Below are positions 1 through 10,590 of a DNA stretch of 64,000 bases, one piece after another. The position numbers and the translations under genes were made by a program. The notes below the pieces were generated by a model. It did not search any database. It was not told the DNA's origin and saw nothing but the letters and a program-made list of their open reading frames with translations. Each line of letters starts with the position of its first letter. Positions within the stretch are counted from its first letter, which is position 1. Source of the DNA: Pristiophorus japonicus (lineage: Eukaryota); NCBI RefSeq assembly GCF_044704955.1, contig NC_091994.1:89838001-89902000 (forward strand), read 5' to 3'.

Positions 1-168
1 CTTGTCAAGAGAGAAGTGGACAGGCTCAAATCGAGGGTGTACCCTTTATCTTAACAGGTCCCGGCCGGAGAATCTCTAATAAAGATCTTATGTTGCTAAG
101 ACTAAATGTGTTCGTGTGTCAGTGAATTCGCTGAAACAGATTGAAGGGAAAAGAATCCAGTATCTACA
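1..168 (+). mobile_element. Probable 3' end of an LTR, abutting a CR1 fragment
   Basis: AATAAA at ~78-83, ends ...TATCTACA, then CR1 sequence starts abruptly; 5' end lies outside the window. Confidence 0.4.
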
Positions 169-435
169 GTAGGAGGTTTAGAGGGGATTTGAGGGGACAT
201 TTCTTCACCCAGAGAATGTTGGGGGTCTGGATCTCACTGCCTGAAAGGGTGGTAGAGGCAGAAAGCCTCACCACATTTAAAAAATATTTGGATATGCACT
301 TGAAGTGCAGAAACCTACAGGGCTACGGACCAAGAGCTGGAAAGTGGGATAGGCTGAATAGCTCTTTGTCGGCCGGCACGGACACGATGGGCCGAATTGG
401 CCTCCTTCCATGCTGTAAATTTCTACGGTTCTATG
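169..435 (+). mobile_element. CR1 LINE 3' end fragment
   Basis: Translates to CR1 ORF2 C-terminus (FFTQRMLGVWISLPERVVEA..FKKYLD) followed by 3'UTR and TTCTA(C/T)G tail. Confidence 0.85.
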
Positions 436-705
436 AAAAGCTAGCTGCAGTTAAAGAGCGAGCACTGAAGTGGTGATCCTTCGTGCTGTAAATCCTATGA
501 TTCAAAATCTTGAAGAGTGCTTCAAAAATGGAGGTGCAGTTCTGTGAACTATATTTGAAAGTACTGCTGCAAGAAGATAACACATCTCGGTGGTTCAATG
601 TTCGTGAATTGTGATAAGAAGGTTTTGCCAGTTTATTGATCATCATGACATTCAGGATGTTATTTTGTATAATGTATAAAGAGAACTCACAATTGGGATC
701 TAAAC

Positions 706-1060
706 TGTTATTTATATAGCGCCTTTAACGTAGTAAAACATCTCAAGGCACTTTACAGAGGCATAATCTTGATTAAAAATAGACGCTGAGCAAAAGAGCT
801 ATTAGGGGGGGTCATCAAAAGCTTGGTCAAAGAGTTGGGTTTCAAGGAAGGTCCTAAAGGAGGAAAGGGAGATGGAGAGGCAGAGCGGTTTTGGGAAGGA
901 ATTCCAGAGCGACTGAAGGCATGGCCACCAATGGTGGAGCGAATGGAGGGAGGGATGCACAGGAGCCCAGAGTCAGAGGAACGGAGAGTTTGGTGGTGGG
1001 ACGGTGGGGTTTGTAGGAGGTTAGAGATAAGGAAGCAAGTCTATGAAGGGATTTAGACAC
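706..1060 (-). mobile_element. Old L2-type LINE 3' fragment
   Basis: Reverse complement of the tail seen at 15085-15326 (TTTATATAGCGCCTTTAACGTAG...). Confidence 0.65.
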
Positions 1061-1828
1061 TATTCTGTATATTGTATACAGGGAGCCATGGTCTGAATCT
1101 ATTCTGTAGAACGTATATGGGGAACTCATATTGATTTGGATGGGCAAGTTTTTAATCCTCACATCAAGTATTTTTACAGAATGTTGTCTTGCTGGCTGTG
1201 GCTCCAGCTCCCACAATCAAATTGCACAATTGCAATTGAAATATCAGTGATTTTTTTTTAACTTCATACCATGTTACGAGGGAGCAGCACAACATGGGGT
1301 TATGTAACACAGTCTGAGCTCTTGGACAAGAAAGTATCAGACAGCTTTACCCTGGAGGTCTGGGATGTTGCCCAGTGCTTTGTTATTAAGCCTCATCACA
1401 CTCTCATCTGCCCATGCGTACATCACTCAGGATCATAGTCTGCAAATTGCCCTATGTGAGACCATATGCACGCTAATATGATTGCATCAAATTCCTTTCT
1501 CCACTATATTAACGGGTTAACAATTCAGTTAAAATGCAAGGCAGAGGAATTCAATATGAGCACATTAAATGTTCAATTGATAATGCACAGCTTAATTTAT
1601 AGGAATTATATCAAAATAGGAGATGCAAAGCTTAAACATCCATTGAAATGTGCATAGAAGGGCAACTGACAGTGCATTCAATACCTCACAACCAAAAGAG
1701 CGGTCACAATATTTTAAAATCAGACATTTTAACTCAAACCAGGAGGCGACTGCACGACCTAGGCCTTGGGGAAGTTTGCAACAAGGAAGAAAGTATCCGG
1801 CCTCAAAATCTCCCAATCAATGGTCTGT

Positions 1829-2802
1829 ATCATTACAGCCTTGGTCCAAACATGGACAAAAGAGCTGAATTCCAGAGGTGAGGTGGGTGTGACTGCCCTT
1901 GACATCAAGGCAGCATTTGACCGAGTGTGGTATCAACGAGCCCTAGTAAAATTGAAGTCAATGGGAATCAGGGGGAAAACGCTCCACTGGTTGGAATCAT
2001 ATCTAGCACAAAGGAAAATGGTTGTGGTTGTTGGAGGTCAATCATCCCAGCCCCAGGACATCGCCACAGGAGTTCCTCAGGGCAATGTCCTAAGCCCAAC
2101 CATCTTCAACTGCTTCATCAATGACCTTCCCTCCATCATAAGGTCAGAAGTGGGGACGTTGGTTGATGATTGCAGTGTTCAGTGCCATTCGCAACTCCTC
2201 AGAAAATGAAGAAATCCATGCCAGCATGCAACAAGACCTGGACGACATTCAGTCTTGGGTTGATAATTGTCAAGTAACATTCGCGGCACACAAGTGCCAG
2301 GCAGAGAGCCTAACCACCTCCCCTTGATATTCAACGGCATTACCATTGCCGAATCCCCCACCATCAACATCCATCTGCATGGATGAGTGCAGTTCCAACA
2401 ACACTCAAGAAGCTTGACACTATCCAGGACAAAGCAGCCCGCTTGAGCGGCACCACCTTCAACAGTCACTCCCTCTACCACCAACGCACCGTTGCTGCAG
2501 TGTGTACCATCTACACGATGCACTGAAGGAACTCGCCAAGGCTTCTTCGGCAGCAACTCCTCAACCCTCGACCTCTACCACCTAGGACAAGGGCAGCAGG
2601 CGCATGGGAGCATCATCACCTGCAAGTTTCCCTCCAAGTTACACACCATCCTGACTTGGAAATATATCGCTGTTCCTTCATCGTTGCAGAGTCAAAATCT
2701 TGGAACTCCCTCCAGAACAGCACTGTGGGAGTTCATTCACCACAAGGACTGCAGCGATTCAAGGTGGCAGCTCACCACCATCTACTCAAGGGCAATTAGG
2801 GA
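1829..2802 (+). mobile_element. CR1/L2-superclade LINE, RT and 3' end (tail resumes at 4781-4820)
   Basis: RT motifs ALDIKAAFDRVW, GVPQGNVLSP, degenerate xADD; same 3' end as the copy at 19420-19826. Confidence 0.85.
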
Positions 2803-4780
2803 TAGAAACATAGAAAATAGGTGCAGGAGTAGGCCATTCGGCCCTTTGAGCCTGCAGCGCCATTCAATAAGATCATGGCTGATCATTCACCTCAGTACCC
2901 CTTTCCTGCTTTCTCTCCATACCTCTTGATCTCTTTAGCCATAAGGGCCATATCTAACTTCCTCTTGAATATATCCAATGAACTGGCATCAACAACTCTC
3001 TGCAGCAGAGAATTCCACAGGTTAACAACCCTCTGAGTGAAGAAGTTTCTCCTCATCTCAGTCCTAAATGACCTACCCCTTATCCTAAGACTATGTCCCC
3101 TGGTTCTGGACTTCCCCAACATCGGGAACCTTCTTCCCGCATCTAACCTGTCCAGTCCCGTCAGAATCTTATACGTTTCTATGAGATCCCCTCTCATCCT
3201 TCTAAACTCCAGTGAATAAAGGCCCAGTTGATCCAGTCTCTCCTCATATGTCAGTCCAGCCAACCCTGGAATCAGTCTGGTGAACCTTCGCTGCACTCCC
3301 TCAGTAGCAAGAATGTCCTTCCTCAGATTAGGAGACCAAAACTGAACACAATATTCCAGGTGAGGCCTCACCAACTGCAGTAAGACCTCCCTGCTCCTAT
3401 ACTCAAATCCCCTAGCTATGAAGGCCAACATACCATTTGCCTTCTTCACCGCCTGCTGTACCTCCATGCCAACTTTCAATGACTGATGAACCATGACACC
3501 CAGGTCTCGTTGCACCTCCCCTTTTCTTAATCTGCTGCCATTCAGATAATATTCTGCCTTTGTGTTTTTGCCCCCAAAATGGATAACCTCACATTTATCC
3601 ACATTATACTGCATCTGCCATGCATTTGCCCACTCACCGAACCTGTCCAAGTCACCCTGCAGCCTCTTAGCATCCTCCTCATAGCTCACACGGGCACCCA
3701 GTTTAGTGTCATCTGCAAACTTGGAGATATTACACTCAATTCCTTCATCTAAATTGTTAATGTATATCGTAAAAGAGATGGGGTCCCAGGACTGAGCCCT
3801 GCGGCATTCCACTAGTCACTGCCTGCCATTCTGAAAAGGACCAGTTTATCCCGACTCTCGGCTTCCTGTCTGCCAACCAGTTCTCTATCCACATCAGTAC
3901 ATTACCCCCAATACCATGTGCTTTGATTTTGCACACCAATCTCTTGTGCAGGACCTTGTCAAAAGCCTTTTGAAAGTCCAAATACACCACATCCACTGAT
4001 TTCCCTTGTCCACTCTGCTAGTTACATCCTCAAAAAATTCCAGAAGATTCGTCAAGCATGATTTCCCTTTCATAAATCCATGCTGACATGGACCGATCCT
4101 GTCACTGTTTTCCAAATGCGCTGCTATTTCATCCTTAATGATTGATTCCAACATTTTCCCTACCACTGATGTCAGGCTAACCGGTCTATAAATTACCCGT
4201 TTTCTCTCTCCCCACTTTTTTAAAAAGTGGTATTAATTAGCTACCCTCCAGTCCATAGAACTGATCCAGAGTCGATAGACTTTTGGAAAATGATCACCAA
4301 TGCATCCACTATTTCTAGGGCCACTTCCTTAAGTACTCTGGGATGCAGACTATCAGGCCCTGGGGACTTATCGGCCTTCAATCCCATCAATTTCCCGCCT
4401 AATAAGGATATCCTTCAGTTCCTCCTTCTCACTAGACCCTTGGTCCCCTAGTACATTCGGAAGGTTATTTGTGTCTTCTTTCATGAAGACGGAACCGAAG
4501 TATTTGTTCAATTGGTCTGCCATTTCTTTGTTCCCCATTATAAATTCACCTGAATCCGACTGCAAGGGACCTACGTTTGTCTTCACTAATCTTTTTTTCT
4601 TCACATATTTATAGAAGCTTTTGCAGTTAGTTTTTATGTTCCCTGCAAGCTTCCTCTCGTACTCTATTTTCCCCCTCCTAATTAAACCCTTAGTCCTCCT
4701 CTGTTAAATTTCTCCCAGTCCTCAGGTTTGTTGCTTTTTCTAGCCAATTTATATGCCTCTTCCTTGGCTTTAACACTATT
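2803..4780 (-). mobile_element. 5'-truncated CR1 LINE (ACATAGAA-tail family)
   Basis: Frameshifted ORF2 pieces 4368-4604, 3894-4166, 3757-3996, 2892-3812 with YLDFQKAFDKV, KFADDTKL, RPHLEYCVQFWSP. Confidence 0.95.
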
Positions 4781-5324
4781 CTTGCCAGCGACGCCCACAT
4801 CCAGGAATTAATTTAAAAATATGTAACATTGATAAAAAATGGTTGGGTGGGTGCGTGTGCACACCAACTTTAGATTTGCAGCAAAGCAGTTGTCATTAAA
4901 GTTTAAAGTGTAAACATCTGATTTTCCACCACACTGGAATTTGCAAATCAAATCCTCAGGAGTTGGGGATTTTAAACTCAAACTGCCATTCCTTACTGCA
5001 GCGTAATCATGGTCTCCATAGTCACAGCAAATCAGTGAGTGATTTACTCCCAGTCACTGTGTGCAGTGCAACTGCAGGTTTAGAGGAAACGCTGAGTTAC
5101 TGCACTCTTTCAATGCATTACAGCTTAGAGCTGCTCAGCAAATGTCACACACTTGTGAATAAAGGAATTTGAATCCTACCCTCTCTCAACTTGGAGGAGA
5201 CGGAGTCCAAAGTTCTGTATAATTTACATGGAATCAAAGATATGATAGAGCATTAACTGCCACTAGTTTTCAGGTCAAAATGCTATCAAAACTGGCTTGT
5301 GCTACAGCTTTTTGTGCTACAAAA

Positions 5325-8300
5325 AGGCAAGCCTGAAAGCTCGGTGCCTCAAGGCGAGGAGTATTCAGAACCCAGGAGAGGGCTCTGAGCTAGTTAGTGG
5401 GTGAGAGCACAGATGAACAGGACCCCAAGAAAGAATGCAAAAGGCAGGAGGCAACAGAGCAGAGTAGCACTGGGGTAAGTGTAAACCATAAGGTGATAGG
5501 AAGGGACAATATGTATGAATATAAAGGGGCTGCAGGAGGGGTCTAAACTAAAAATTATGGTTTAAAAACTAGTATTAAAACACTCTACCTAAACGCACGC
5601 AGCATTCAAAATAAAGTAAATGAGTTGAAGGCACAAATCATTACAAATGGGTATGATTTGATGGCCATTACAGAAACGTGGTTGCAGGGTGGCCAAGACT
5701 GGGAATTAAACATACAGGGGTATCTAACAATTCGGAAGGATAGACAAGAAGGGAAAGGAGGTGGGGTAGCTCTGTTAATAAAAGATGAAATCAGGGCAGT
5801 TGTGAGAGATGATATTGGCTCTAATGAACAAAATGTTGAATCATTGTGGGTGGAGATTAGAGATAGTAAGGGGAAAAAGTCACTGGTGGGCGTAGTTTAT
5901 AGGCCCCCAAATAATAACTTCACGGTGGGGCGGACAATAATCAAGGGAATAATGGAGGCATGTGAAAAAGGAACGGCAGTAATCATGGTGGATTTTAACC
6001 TACATATCGATTGGTCAAATCAAATCGCACGGGGTAGCCTGGAGGAGGAATTCATAGAATGCATATGGGAGTGTTTCTTAGAACAGTATGTTACAGAACC
6101 TACAAGGGAGTAAGCTATCTTAGATCTAGTCCTGTGTAATGAGAGAGGAATAATAAACGATCTCCTAGTAAAAGATCCTCTCGGAATGAGTGATCACAGC
6201 ATGGTTGAATTTGTAATACAGATTGAGGGTGAGGAAGTAGTGTCTCAAACGAGCGTACGATGCTTAAACAAGTGAGGGCAGAGTTGGCTAAAGTAGACTG
6301 GGAACACAGACTAAACGGTGGCACAATTGAGGAACAGTGGAGGACTTTTAAGGAGCTCTTTCATAGTGCTCAACAAAAATATATTCCAGTGAAAAAGAAG
6401 GGCGGTAAGAGAAGGGATAACCAGTCGTGGATAACCAAGGAAATAAAGGAGAGTATTAAATTAAAAACCAAGGCGTAAAAGGTGGCCACGGTTAGAGCGA
6501 AACTAGAAGAGTGGGAAAATTTTAAACGACAGCAAAGAATGACTAAAAAAAAGCAATAAAGGAAAGATACTATACGAAAGTAAACTTGCGTAAAACATAA
6601 AAACAGATAGTAAAAGCTTTACCGATATATAAAACGGAAGAGAGTGACTAAAGTAAATGTTGGTCCCTTAGAAGATGAGAAGGGGGATTTAATAATGGGA
6701 AAAGTGGAAATGGCGGAGACCTTAAACAATTATTTTGCTTCGGTCATCACAGTGGAAGACACAAAAACCATGTAAAAAATTGCTGGTCACGGGAATGTGG
6801 GAAGGGAGGACCTTGAGACAATCACTATCACAAGGGAGGTAGTGCTGGACAGGCTAATGGGACTCAAGGTAGACAAGTGCCCTGGTCCTGATGAAATGCA
6901 TCCCAGGGTATTAAAATCGATGGCGGAAGTTATAGCAGATGCATTCGTTATAATCTACCAAAATTGTCTGGACTCTGGGGAGGTACCAGCGGATTGGAAA
7001 GCAGCTAATGTAACGCCTCTATTTAAAAAAGGGGGCAGACAAAAGGCAGGTAACTATAGGCCGGTTAGTTTAACATCTGTAGTGGGGAAAATGCTTGAAA
7101 CTATCATTAAGGAAGAAATAGCGGGACATCTAGATAGGAATAGTGCAATCAAGCAGACGCAACGTGGATTCATGAAGGGGAAATCATGTTTAACTAATTT
7201 ACTGGAATTCTTTGAGGATATAACGAGCATGGTGGATAGAGGTGTACCGATGGATGTGGTGTATTTAGATTTCCAAAAGGCATTCGATAAGGAGCCACAC
7301 AAAGGGTTACTGCAGAAGATAAAGGTACGCGGAGTCAGAGGAAATGTATTAGCATGGATAGAGAATTGGCTGGCTAACAGAAAGCAGAGAGTCGGGATAA
7401 ATGGGTCCTTTTCGGGTTGGAAATCGGTGGTTAGTGGTGTGCCACAGGAATCGGTGCTGGGACCACAACTGATTACAATATACATAGATGACATGGAAGA
7501 GGGGACAGAGTGTAATGTGACAAAATTTGCAGACGACACAAAGATTAGTGGGAAAGCGGGTTGTGTAGAGGACACAGAGAGGCTGCAAAGATATTTAGAT
7601 AGGTTAAGCGAATGGGCTAAGGTTTGGCAGATGGAATACAATGTCGGAAAATGTGAGGTCATCCACCTTGGAAAAAAAAACAGTAAAAGGGAATATTATT
7701 TGAATGGGGAGAAATGTCAACATGCTGCAGTGCAGAGGGACCTGGGGGTCCTTGTGCATGAAACTCTTTTAGAAACTCTTTTAGATAAAAAAGTTAGTTT
7801 GCAGGTGCAGCAGGTAATCAGGAAGGCGAATGGAATGTTCATTGCAAGAGGAATGGAGTACAAAAGCAGGGAGGTCCTGCTGCAACTGTACAGGGTATTG
7901 GTGAGGCCGCACCTTGAGTACTGCGTGCAGTTTTGGTCACCTTACTTAAGGAAGGATATACTAGCTTTGGAGAGGGCACAGAGACGATTCACTAGGCTGA
8001 TTCCGGAGATGAGGGGGTTACCTTATGATGATAGATTGAGTAGACTGGGTCTTTACTTGTTGGAGTTCAGAAGGATAAGGGGTGATCTTATAGAAACATT
8101 CAAAATAATGAAAGGGATAGACAAGATAGAGGCAGAGAGGTTGTTTCCACTGGTCGGGGAGACTAGAACTAGGGGGCACAGCCTCAAAATACGGGGGAGC
8201 CAATTTAAAACTGAGTTGAGAAGGAATTTCTTCTCCCAGAGGGTTGTGAATCTGTGGAATTCTCTGCCCAAGGAAGCAGTTGAGGCTAGCTCATTGAATG

Positions 8301-8479
8301 TATTCAAATCACAGATAGATAGATTTTTAACCAATAAGGGAATTAAGGGTTATGGGGAGCGAGCGGGTAAGTGGAGCTGAGTCCACGGCCAGATCAGCCA
8401 TGATCTTTTTGAATGGCGGAGCAGGCTCGAGGGGCTAGATGGCCTACTGCTGTTCCTAATTCTTATGTTCTTATGTTCT
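5325..8479 (+). mobile_element. Young CR1 LINE with near-complete but disrupted ORF2 (APE endonuclease + RT), antisense in an OTUD3 intron
   Basis: EN motifs YLNARSI, AITETW, GVVYRPP, DFN, SDH (5590-6200); RT ORF 6797-8380 with FADD; several stops/frameshifts; (TTCTTATG)n tail. Confidence 0.95.
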
Positions 8480-8518
8480 AGGGGTGAAAGGACTGTGTGA
8501 TGACTACATGCTCCTTAC

Positions 8519-8721
8519 CCATCACCAGGCACCTCCCGGAGCTTGAGTCCCATGGTTAGCAGCTGGTTGGCAAAGCTGACAAACTCCTCATCGTCTGTCC
8601 CATCCTGGGCCCTGTTCTTCCTCTCCTTCGCCAGGGCTCGCCTCACCGCCTTTTCGTCCCTTTTCCGCTCCAAATCCAGCTTCTTGTTAGTCCTGGTTTT
8701 AACAACTTGCTTTTTGGACAT
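8519..8721 (-). CDS. OTUD3: OTU domain deubiquitinase 3, first coding exon (remaining exons not found in window)
   Basis: MSKKQ...[20 protein letters not shown]...[22 protein letters not shown] matches the OTUD3 N-terminus; ends at phase-2 donor GG|GTAAGG just before the catalytic N-C of GDGNC. Confidence 0.92.
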
Positions 8722-9119
8722 GACTTACAAAGCAGGGAGTGTGGAAGCTGGCAGCTGCACAAGGTGAACCAGGATGAGAGTCTAGAGAGGCAAAGGGCCG
8801 AGTGTCACCATGGTGACAGGCCAAACCAGAGAGATGTAAAAGCTGGACTCAAGAGTTCGAAATTAAATGAAACAGAGAGCCAGAGGCCACGCTCTCACTC
8901 TTGTCTTCACCTCGAAATGAAGGAGGAACTTCAAGCCCTGAAAAAAGAGAAAATAATTTTTTTTTATTGAGAGCAGGAGGTGGGCTGAGCAACTATTATA
9001 TTACATGACGTTATGCTTTAGAGAGAAGTCGGACAGGCTGAGCTCAGCCCCGCCACATTGTGATAACCTTTGACGCAACAAGAGCTGCTGCTGGTTTTGT
9101 TTTATTCTATTCAAGCAGG

Positions 9120-9520
9120 GCCTAGAGGCAAACCTGAAGCCTCGGGCTTGCGTGGTAACGCTGCCCGCGAGAGGTCACAGGCACCCGGCGCCGGCCGGCT
9201 CCTCCTCCTTCGCAGCTTTAAAAATATATATATAGATATATATTGGAGTTTACGGAGGCGGGGACTGGGAATGAGTCAAGCTCGGCCCTCCCTCGCATTG
9301 AAAAAGCGGCCGGGAACCAAAGGCTTGTCGCTGCCGTCTCACTCACCCTCGCAACAGCCCATCGAGAAAGGCAGAGGCCGGCAGTTCGTTGCTGTCCCTG
9401 CCGGGGGAAGGAGCGGAGTGGAGTGGGAGTAGGCCACACAGCCCGGAGCTGGCTCCCAGCTCAGTGGCAGCTGGACCCCGGGTGGCTGGCTCTCCCAGTG
9501 CCCGCAGCGCTGGGAACACT
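9120..9520 (-). promoter_or_regulatory. CpG/GC-rich region, probable OTUD3 promoter and non-coding first exon
   Basis: CpG-rich non-repeat DNA 0.4-0.8 kb upstream of the ATG; candidate donor AGG|GTGAGT at 9347/9346 and acceptor TTTTCTCTTTTTTCAG|G at 8938/8937. Confidence 0.55.
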
Positions 9521-9559
9521 TCAGCAATCCACAGTTTAAACAAGAGGTCGTCTATTCTG

Positions 9560-9838
9560 CGACCTATTCCAACCTGAATTTTTAACCCCAATCTCAATCT
9601 GCTCTGCTCCTAATCCCCTCAAGACCAACCTCAACCTGCCCCAATCCTTCTTCCAGTCTCATCCTGTCCCAGCCACAGCCCTAACCTACTCCAATCCCAG
9701 CCTGTCCCAATCATCTATTCTGTCCTAACTCCAACCTCTCTCAATCCCAGCACCAAACCTGTCAAACTTCCAGTCTGTTCCAATCCAATTTGACCCTGTC
9801 TCAATTGCAATCTAACCCCGTCCCAGCCTACTCCACAC
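9560..9838. repeat. Degenerate C-rich tandem repeat (CCTGTCCCAATCCCAA-like)
   Basis: Recurring CCAATC/CCAACC/CCTGTC words with strong C/G skew. Confidence 0.55.
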
Positions 9839-9940
9839 TTTATAGCACTCTTTTAAATTAATTTGTCATTCAAATTGTCTTTGTCAGTAAATCTATCTCT
9901 CATGTGGTACTGATCCATACTGAGGGAGGTTTTTGAGTTT

Positions 9941-10590
9941 CATAAGAACATAAGAAATAGGAACAGGAGTAGGCCATTCGGCATCTCAAGCCTGCTGCAC
10001 CATTCAGTAAGATCATGACTGATCTGCTCCACTTTCCTGCCTGTTCCCCATAACCCTTGACTCCCCTGTAGTTCAAAAATCTGTCTATCTCCGCCTTGAA
10101 TATATTCAATGACACAGCCTCCACAGCTCTCTGGGATAGAAAATTCCAAAGATTCACAACCCTCTGAGAGAAGAAATTCCTCCTCATCTCCGTCTTAAAT
10201 GGGTGACCTCTTATTTTGAAACTATGCCCCCCAGTTCTAGATTCCCCCACGAGGGGAAACATCCTCTCAGCATCTATCCTGTCAAGCCCCCTCAGAATCT
10301 TATATGTTTCACTAAGATCACCTCTCATTCTTCTAAACTCCAATGAATATAGGCCCAACCTGCTAAATCTTTTCCCATAAGATAACCCCTTCATCTCAGG
10401 AATCAATCTAGTGAACCTTCACTGAACTGCCTCCAATGCAAGTATATCCCTCCTTAAATAAGGAGACCAAAACTCTATGCAGTACCCTGTTTTTTATACA
10501 GTTGTAGCAAGACGTCCCTACTTTTATACTCCATCCCCTTTGTAATTAAGGCCAACATTCCATTTGCCTTCCTAATTACTTGCTGAACCT
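9941..10590 (-). mobile_element. CR1 3' fragment split by Gypsy insertion (continues 14836-14932)
   Basis: ORF2 C-terminus in ORF 9900-10406; flanks join as TGCTGAACCTG...AACTAACTTTTTGTG. Confidence 0.9.

Noticed and set aside
431-646. 71-aa ORF / faint hAT-like remnant
   Set aside because: No convincing motif
7054-7662. Long antisense ORFs (also 11528-12310, 37777-38388, 38400-39026, 60280-60828)
   Set aside because: Shadow frames of TE coding sequence
1-8480. OTUD3 exon 2 (NCLFRALGDQ...)
   Set aside because: Not found by eye on the minus strand; probably lies left of the window
9070-9597. Overlapping ORFs in the GC-rich block
   Set aside because: Expected from high GC; no protein signature
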